Source of the DNA: an uncultured Methanomassiliicoccales archaeon
GTDB taxonomy: Archaea; Thermoplasmatota; Thermoplasmata; Methanomassiliicoccales; Methanomethylophilaceae
Assembly: GCA_964504055.1 (NCBI GenBank)
Contig: CAZDCU010000010.1
Coordinates: 28,059 to 40,567, forward strand
Direction: 5' to 3'
Length of the DNA stretch: 12,509 nt
This document shows, in pieces, positions 7,213-12,509 of this stretch; within the stretch, counting starts at the first letter, position 1, and the number at the start of each line of letters is the position of its first letter. Under the pieces are notes generated by a model. It was not told the origin of the DNA, made no database searches, and saw nothing but the letters and a program-made list of their open reading frames with translations. The position numbers and the translations under genes are program-made.

Positions 7213-8205
7213 TCAGACTCTTATTCTGAGTTTATGGTCACCGGGTCTGACTTCGATGCATCCGGGGAATTTCAGAGTCTCTCCGTCGACCATCATGTGT
7301 TCGACTTCGTCGCTTTTGACGGTCAGTTCTTTCAGTGTGAAATAATCCACATTTTTCTGTGTCATCACTTTGTTCTGTGACAATGCGATGAGATTCAGAA
7401 GGTATCTGAATTTGGATCTTTTGTTGACGATGAGTACGGAAAGATCGTTCGCCTCGATCTTTGCATCGGGACACACGGAGAATCCGCCCCCCATGTACTC
7501 CACATTCTGAATGGAGAACAGGATGCTTTCGACATCTCTTGTTTCACCGTTCATTGTGACGGTGTATTTTCTTTCTTTGCATCTTCTGAGAGCTTTGAGA
7601 GCGATTCTGCGGTAATCTTTCGATTTCGCAATTCTTACAAATGAAAGCTCACCGTTGAGGACACTGCGTATAGCGGATGCCAAAAGCGTTCTTGTAACGT
7701 CGAGATAACGTCTGACGATTGCAGCAGTGGTATTGTCGCTGATGCTGCTTGCAAGTTTCTGAACGTATTCGTCTGCAACCATGTTGATATCGACGGATGT
7801 ACCGAACGAAATCATCTGAATGAAGACCATGTCGTTTGCCATCCAATACGGAATCATGCGGTCCGTACCGTTGATGAATGCGTTGACAATTTCTTCGTCG
7901 GTGTATTTGAAAACACCTGCGGATCTTGCCGTATCGTTACCGGATCCGAACGGAAGAAGAACATACGTAAGGTCCATGCCGTATGTTGCCGAGATAACCT
8001 CGTGGATTGTACCGTCGCCGCCGGCGATACCGATAACGTCTCCGTCTTTGGCGACGAGACGTGCCATCGCGTCTCCTCTCATTTCGAAGGTTGTCTCATA
8101 GTATTCGTATTCTATTCCCTTCTCTTCCATGAGGGTGCGGACATGTTTCATTCTGTCCCAATTCATTCCCCCTCCGCCGATCGGATTATAAATGATTTTA
8201 ATCAA
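7213..8205 (-). CDS. Diacylglycerol kinase catalytic domain family lipid kinase (YegS/BmrU/LCB5-like), 330 aa
   Basis: The N-terminus is KIIYNPIGGGG. Other motifs are GIAGGDGTIHEV, LLPFGSGNDTARS and a C-terminal MVDGE. The start is TTG (8205-8203), supported by the conserved N-terminal motif directly after it and a GGGGAT SD-like element a few nt upstream. A TATATAT element at about 8245-8251 lies roughly 43 nt upstream. Confidence 0.8.
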   Translation of the reverse strand: MIKIIYNPIGGGGMNWDRMKHVRTLMEEKGIEYEYYETTFEMRGDAMARLVAKDGDVIGIAGGDGTIHEVISATYGMDLTYVLLPFGSGNDTARSAGVFKYTDEEIVNAFINGTDRMIPYWMANDMVFIQMISFGTSVDINMVADEYVQKLASSISDNTTAAIVRRYLDVTRTLLASAIRSVLNGELSFVRIAKSKDYRRIALKALRRCKERKYTVTMNGETRDVESILFSIQNVEYMGGGFSVCPDAKIEANDLSVLIVNKRSKFRYLLNLIALSQNKVMTQKNVDYFTLKELTVKSDEVEHMMVDGETLKFPGCIEVRPGDHKLRIRV

Positions 8206-8384
8206 GGCCCATCCCCTTTCTGGAAGGTATATCCTCTATCCTTATATATCGATTTGTAGACCCAGGTACGAAATACTGTACTGTATTGGACTTTTCCATA
8301 GGTTTTTCTACGAATTCCGACAAAATAACAACATATAATTAGTTAAGTTGTCACCGATATTTTTCAATCTGTTCAATGACCAAG

Positions 8385-8392
8385 TTATAAAT
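8385..8392 (+). promoter_or_regulatory. TATA-box candidate (ttataaat) for the recombinase operon
   Basis: It is centred about 31 nt upstream of ATG 8420. It lies downstream of the track's TTG start at 8348, which argues against that start. Confidence 0.4.
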
Positions 8393-8419
8393 ATCGCATC
8401 ATTCGATATACTCTTCGGG

Positions 8420-9211
8420 ATGGATGCACGCAGTGTACGTGTTGCGCTCTACGCAAGGGTATCGACAGAGGAACAGGCAGTGGAAGGTTTCTCTTTGGAC
8501 GCACAGATGAAGCGTCTGAGGAAATACTGTAATTCCCAGGGCTGGACCGTTGCCGACGAATACCGTGAGGAAGGGCACTCCGGACGCGATGTGAAACGTC
8601 CTGAATATACGCGTATGATGGAAGAGAGCGACAAGTGGGATGTCGTTCTTGTTCTCAAGATGGACAGGATCCACCGTAACAGCGAGAACTTCACCAGAAT
8701 GATGAAGGATCTCAACGCTTCCGGCAAGGGATTCTGCTCTGTCATGGAACAATTCGACACGAACAATGCCATGGGCAGGTTCGTGATGGACCTCATACAG
8801 CGTATCGCACAACTTGAATCCGAACAAATAGGCGAGAGGGTGAAGTTAGGGATGGAACAGAAAGCGAGGACAAAGGGCGGTCTGCTCGGTTTCGGGCAGC
8901 CATACGGATATGACTACAGAGGAGGCACACTCCTTGTGAACGACGACGAAGTTTTCGTTGTCAGAGCCATATACAAACTCTACAACAAAGGAATCGCAAT
9001 GGACAAGATTGCGAGTTCGCTCAACGATGCGGATATTCCCGCCAAGAAAGGCGGCAGATGGAACAAGCAGAGTATTGCAAAGATTCTGCACAATCCGCTG
9101 TATGTCGGGTACACTAAATGGGGAGAAATCGTCAGAGAAGGGGAACACCCCGCAATCATCGATATGGACGATTACGTCTCAATCAACGGTCCCGTCAAGG
9201 TCAACACATGA
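8420..9211 (+). CDS. Serine recombinase, copy 1 (resolvase catalytic domain plus recombinase domain), 263 aa
   Basis: The nucleophile motif is VALYARVSTEEQ. The catalytic-domain DR..R motif is LVLKMDRIHRN. The E-helix is RIAQLESEQIGERVKLGMEQKA. The recombinase-domain block (PF07508-like) is YGYDY...AIYKLY..G.....IA..LN...IP...GG.W....I..IL.NP.Y.G. The start is at ATG 8420 (MDARSVRV..). Confidence 0.9.
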   Translation: MDARSVRVALYARVSTEEQAVEGFSLDAQMKRLRKYCNSQGWTVADEYREEGHSGRDVKRPEYTRMMEESDKWDVVLVLKMDRIHRNSENFTRMMKDLNASGKGFCSVMEQFDTNNAMGRFVMDLIQRIAQLESEQIGERVKLGMEQKARTKGGLLGFGQPYGYDYRGGTLLVNDDEVFVVRAIYKLYNKGIAMDKIASSLNDADIPAKKGGRWNKQSIAKILHNPLYVGYTKWGEIVREGEHPAIIDMDDYVSINGPVKVNT

Positions 9212-10065
9212 GCGAAAGGACCCGTGCAGCAGTATACGCACGTGTTTCGACGGATGAACAGGCTACGTTAGGTTACTCCTTGGATGCCCAATTGGAAATG
9301 TTAAGGGACTTCTGCGAAGTCTTCGACATGGAAATTGCGGGAGAATACATCGACGACGGTTATTCGGGAACGAATACCAGGAGACCTGCGTACCGTAAAA
9401 TGTTCTCTTCCGAAGAACGCACGAAATGGGATGCGCTTGTCGTAATCAAAATGGACAGGATTCACCGTAACAGCAAGAATTTCATGCTGATGATTGAAGA
9501 CCTGTCCAAACACAATCAGTCGTTTTTCTCCACTACGGAGAGAATCGACACGACAACCGCATTCGGAAGATTCGCAATGGATGTCATTCAGCGTATCGCT
9601 CAGCTCGAATCCGAACAGATCGGTGAAAGAACGAAATTCGGCATGGAGCAGAAAGCCGATCAATGCGACGGAATAATGGGGTTCCAGCCTCCGTTCGGAT
9701 ACGATGTTGCCGAAGGAAAACTGATTCCGAATGAGAACGAACAGAATGTTGTAAAATCAATCTTTGAGATGTATCTCTCGGGAATGACTCTCGACGACAT
9801 TGCCTGTAAACTGAATTCTTCGTTCATCCGTACCAAAAAAGGCAATCAGTGGAACAAATTCAACATCCGTAACATTCTCCACAACCCTGTGTATGCAGGA
9901 TTCATGCGCTGGGAAGATCATCTGATAGAACATGACGCACCGTGCCCGGTTACTGCCGAAGAATTCAATCAGGTGCAGCGGATGATGTCTGCAAAAACAA
10001 GAAGCTCTAAGAAAAAAGAACCTTTCATGCTCCAATGCCGTGACAGCTGCATTTCCGTATCCTGA
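9208..10065 (+). CDS. Serine recombinase, copy 2 (paralogue of copy 1), 285 aa
   Basis: Matching motifs are AAVYARVSTDEQ, VVIKMDRIHRN, RIAQLESEQIGERTKFGMEQKA, FGYDV and ILHNPVYAGFMRW. ATG 9208 overlaps the copy 1 stop codon (9209-9211) as ATGA. The track start at 9118 is an out-of-context extension inside copy 1. Confidence 0.9.
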   Translation: MSERTRAAVYARVSTDEQATLGYSLDAQLEMLRDFCEVFDMEIAGEYIDDGYSGTNTRRPAYRKMFSSEERTKWDALVVIKMDRIHRNSKNFMLMIEDLSKHNQSFFSTTERIDTTTAFGRFAMDVIQRIAQLESEQIGERTKFGMEQKADQCDGIMGFQPPFGYDVAEGKLIPNENEQNVVKSIFEMYLSGMTLDDIACKLNSSFIRTKKGNQWNKFNIRNILHNPVYAGFMRWEDHLIEHDAPCPVTAEEFNQVQRMMSAKTRSSKKKEPFMLQCRDSCISVS

Positions 10066-10101
10066 CGATAATATTTTTAAAAGGTTGCAGATACGGATTA
10101 T

Positions 10102-10212
10102 ATGTCCGATAAGAAGAGGAAGGAGCTCACGGTGAAAATTATCGCCGTAGCTATCGTAGTTATTTTCCTTGGAACCGCTCTCGTTGCAGGCGTAAGTGTC
10201 TTCATCAAATGA
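10102..10212 (+). CDS. Hypothetical 36-aa single-pass membrane peptide (MSDKKRKELTVKIIAVAIVVIFLGTALVAGVSVFIK)
   Basis: It has a Lys/Arg-rich N-terminus followed by a hydrophobic stretch of about 22 residues. A TATA-like tttttaaaa (10074-10082) is centred about 24 nt upstream of the ATG, which fits a leaderless mRNA. There is no homology evidence, and the ORF is too short for the track. Confidence 0.3.
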   Translation: MSDKKRKELTVKIIAVAIVVIFLGTALVAGVSVFIK

Positions 10213-10382
10213 GTTGCGGAAACCGATTTCCGAACAGTCTGCGGAGTTGCATTCCGCCGGCGTTTCGGATGTCGGTATTCTGATAAAAGTAAAGCTGTGA
10301 GCTTAACTGCCGTTATTAATATTATTGGATAATTTCCAATTCGGATTATCCTTTTTATGATAAAAATCAATGTAGCCAGAGG

Positions 10383-10400
10383 ACAGTTTTACTGTTTTTT
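10383..10400 (+). terminator. Small hairpin plus T5 run (acagt-ttt-actgt-ttttt)
   Basis: It has a 5-bp stem, a 3-nt loop and an oligo-T tract. It lies between the recombinase/small-ORF unit and nrdJ. Confidence 0.3.
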
Positions 10401-10475
10401 AACGAAAAATCAGTTAAGAAATCCAACCATGAAGGCGTTAAATATGTCGAGAACTTACCCAGGGACGGTGCGCTC

Positions 10476-12509
10476 ATGGACATAAAAGAATGGCTCGGTG
10501 AAGACAACACTCTCGGTATTGACATTTGGCAGAAGAAATACTGTTACGAGGGTGAGTCGTTCGATCACTGGCTTGACCGTATATCGGTAGGCGATGAGGA
10601 ACTGAAACAGCTAATCATCGACAAGAAATTCCTTTTCGGCGGAAGGATTCTCGCAAACAGAGGCCTTCACAAGACCGGACTGAAAATAACACTGTCCAAC
10701 TGTTATGTCGTAGCGCCTCCCGAAGATTCGATCGAATCGATCTTCGAGACTGCCGGTAAACTCGCAAGAACGTTCAGTTACGGCGGAGGAGTCGGTATCG
10801 ATATTTCGAAACTCGCACCCAGGGGAGCTAAAATCAACAACACCGCATCGGAAACTTCCGGGGCGGTATCGTTTACAGACCTTTTCTCTATGGTAACCGG
10901 TCTCATCGGTCAGCACGGAAGGAGAGGCGCACTTATGCTTACGATTTCATGCGACCACCCCGATCTTGAGGAGTTTATGTCCGTAAAGACGGATTTGAAC
11001 AGAGTCACCAAAGCAAACATGTCCATCCGTGTGTCGGATAAGTTCATGGAATCGGTCAGGGACAAGAAGAAGTACATTCAGATATTCGAGCGCCCCGAAA
11101 CCAACGATATCACAAGGAAAGAACTCGATTCGCACGAGTTCTTCAAGAAATTATGTTACAATAACTGGGATTACGGAGAACCCGGATGTCTCTTCTGGGA
11201 CAGAATCGAGACATGGAACCTTCTTTCCGAGTTCCCCGATTACCACTACGCAGGAACCAACCCCTGTGCCGAAGAACCTCTTCCCGCAGGAGGCAGCTGT
11301 CTTCTCGGAAGCATAAACTTATCCAATTTCGTGGACGAAGACGGCTACTTCGACGAAGAAGAATTCAGAAGATGTGTCGGAATCTGCGTAAGAGCACTCA
11401 ACGGCGTATTGGATGAGGGACTTCCCTTACACCCGCTCCCCGAACAGAGAGAATCGGTCCGTGACTGGAGACAGATCGGTCTCGGAATTATGGGTCTCGC
11501 AGATATGCTGATTAAAATGGAGCTTACCTACGGAAGCAAAGAAGCCATGGACTTCTGCGACAGACTCGGAGGAATCATGGCCGATGAAGCAATGAAAGCA
11601 TCAGCACTCCTCGCAAAGGAGAACGGCGCATTCCCCAAGTGCAACATCGATTACATCCTGGCTTCGCCGTATTTCATTCACAATGCTTCGGAAGAGACCA
11701 AAGAACTCGTTAAGAAATACGGTCTGAGGAACTCACAGTTGCTTACGATTGCACCTACGGGTACGCTTTCCACAATGCTCGGAATCTCCGGAGGTATCGA
11801 GCCTATTTTTGCCAATTATTACACAAGAAGGACAACATCCCTCTCGGATCATGATGAATATTACAAGGTGTACACACCTGTTGTCAAGGCGTACATGGAT
11901 AAACACGGCGTAACAGACGACCGTGATCTTCCCGGATTCTTCGTCACTGCGCAGAATCTGAATTATAAGCAGAGGCTTAACCTGCAGGGAACATGGCAGA
12001 TGCACATCGATGCTTCCATCAGTTCAACCGTGAACCTTCCGATGGAATTCCCCGAGGAAGATGTTTACGATCTCTACATGTACGCATGGCAGATCGGCTG
12101 TAAGGGTGTAACCGTCTTCAGGGACGGATGCAAACGTCTGGGAATCCTTACAACAAAAGAGGAAAAGAAGGAAGAACCTCAGCCTAAGAAGAAGGAAAAG
12201 AGGGGATTCGTCGAGAATGTTGAAGACGATGTCGTCGGAAAGAAGAGAAAACTCGTCACCGGCTGCGGAAGTCTTCACTGTACCGCATTCTTCGACCCTT
12301 CGGACGGTCAGCTGCTTGAAGTGTACCTTAACAAAGGATCCACCGGCGGATGTAACAACTTCATGATCGGTCTTTCGAGGATGATTTCACTCGCAACAAG
12401 AAGCGGATGTGAGATCAGTGCGATTGTCGATCAGCTCAAGAGCTGCGGTTCGTGTCCGTCGTTCGTTGTACGTACACACACTCAGCACGATACCAGCAAA
12501 GGTACCTGC
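10476..12509 (+). CDS. nrdJ: Class II adenosylcobalamin-dependent ribonucleotide reductase, N-terminal 678 aa; continues past the window end
   Basis: Hand translation gives MDIKEWLGEDNTLGIDIWQKKY.., LSNCYV, SYGGGVGIDIS, GTNPCAEEPLPAGGSCLLGSINL, IGLGIMGLAD, TIAPTGTLS and VSSTVNLP. These are followed by a Lys/Glu-rich linker and a TSCPD-like Cys-rich domain (VTGCGSLH..GGCNNF..LKSCGSCPS). The frame is open to position 12509. GGTG lies 5 nt upstream of the ATG, and ttaaatat (10438-10445) is a TATA candidate. Confidence 0.93.
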   Translation, partial: MDIKEWLGEDNTLGIDIWQKKYCYEGESFDHWLDRISVGDEELKQLIIDKKFLFGGRILANRGLHKTGLKITLSNCYVVAPPEDSIESIFETAGKLARTFSYGGGVGIDISKLAPRGAKINNTASETSGAVSFTDLFSMVTGLIGQHGRRGALMLTISCDHPDLEEFMSVKTDLNRVTKANMSIRVSDKFMESVRDKKKYIQIFERPETNDITRKELDSHEFFKKLCYNNWDYGEPGCLFWDRIETWNLLSEFPDYHYAGTNPCAEEPLPAGGSCLLGSINLSNFVDEDGYFDEEEFRRCVGICVRALNGVLDEGLPLHPLPEQRESVRDWRQIGLGIMGLADMLIKMELTYGSKEAMDFCDRLGGIMADEAMKASALLAKENGAFPKCNIDYILASPYFIHNASEETKELVKKYGLRNSQLLTIAPTGTLSTMLGISGGIEPIFANYYTRRTTSLSDHDEYYKVYTPVVKAYMDKHGVTDDRDLPGFFVTAQNLNYKQRLNLQGTWQMHIDASISSTVNLPMEFPEEDVYDLYMYAWQIGCKGVTVFRDGCKRLGILTTKEEKKEEPQPKKKEKRGFVENVEDDVVGKKRKLVTGCGSLHCTAFFDPSDGQLLEVYLNKGSTGGCNNFMIGLSRMISLATRSGCEISAIVDQLKSCGSCPSFVVRTHTQHDTSKGTC

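Noticed and set aside
8348-8419. Track start TTG 8348 for recombinase 1, and track start 9118 for recombinase 2
   Set aside because: The conserved catalytic N-terminus (..V.LYARVST..) begins a few residues after ATG 8420 and ATG 9208. A TATA candidate lies downstream of 8348. The 9118 extension lies inside recombinase 1 in another frame.
8357-10081. Short repeats that might be att or inversion sites: ATATTTTT at 8357-8364 and 10071-10078; AGTTAAG at about 8341, about 10304 (inverted) and about 10412
   Set aside because: Matches of 7-8 nt between AT-rich regions of 200-400 nt are expected by chance, at about one per comparison by a rough estimate. They have no extended flanking similarity.
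10098-10370. Minus-strand 90-aa ORF from the track
   Set aside because: It spans an AT-rich intergenic region and has a junk-like composition. It would run antisense into the recombinase 3' flank without a promoter or RBS. The plus-strand mini-ORF has better promoter geometry, though it is also weak.
10213-10475. Cobalamin riboswitch, tRNA gene (as an integration target) or C/D-box sRNA in the nrdJ upstream region
   Set aside because: I could find no B12-box-like core (GCCACTG), no T-loop GTTCGAATC/GTTCAAATC-type sequence or cloverleaf, and no correctly spaced C (RUGAUGA) and D (CUGA) boxes. Only short hairpins are present.
10429-10485. 18-codon upstream ORF (MKALNMSRTYPGTVRSWT) overlapping the nrdJ start
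   Set aside because: Its ATG lies upstream of the best TATA candidate (10438-10445), so it is probably not transcribed with nrdJ. It has no SD or other support.
10476-12509. Possible intein or frameshift in nrdJ, and antisense ORFs 10611-10916, 10947-11135, 11733-12005 and 12024-12278
   Set aside because: The RNR frame is continuous through all catalytic motifs, with no Cys/Ser-initiated insertion or HNF/HNC splice-junction block. The antisense ORFs are shadow ORFs.

Overview
This is an archaeal chromosomal window. The evidence is a group II chaperonin (thermosome), an NreA-family repair protein, and TATA-box promoters with leaderless or short-leader geometry. An adhesin-like protein with a Listeria-Bacteroides-type repeat hints at a host-associated Thermoplasmatota/Methanomassiliicoccales-like organism, but that is inference only. 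Gene order: (-) secreted adhesin-like surface protein, partial, hand-translated because it is absent from the ORF track; (-) chloramphenicol-acetyltransferase-family acyltransferase; (+) NreA-like repair protein overlapping a (+) SplB/COG1533-type radical SAM protein; (+) thermosome subunit; (+) HAD-IB hydrolase abutting a convergent (-) DAGK/YegS-type lipid kinase; (+) two tandem serine recombinases; (+) a possible 36-aa membrane ORF; (+) class II B12-dependent ribonucleotide reductase, partial and also absent from the track. Most of this is housekeeping. The least ordinary part is 8.2-10.5 kb. It holds two paralogous, translationally coupled (ATGA overlap) serine recombinases with catalytic and recombinase domains. 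Both stop where the zinc-ribbon/coiled-coil domain of large serine recombinases would begin, and they are flanked by AT-rich non-coding DNA. Other points worth a second look are the NreA C-terminal PIP-like box, which is encoded by the same bases as the RBS and start of the radical SAM gene, and a roughly 93-aa Asn/Ile-rich tract with 10-11 residue periodicity inside the adhesin. I saw no rRNA, tRNA, CRISPR array, IS-type terminal inverted repeats, intein or riboswitch. I cannot demonstrate a complete novel multi-gene system from sequence alone.
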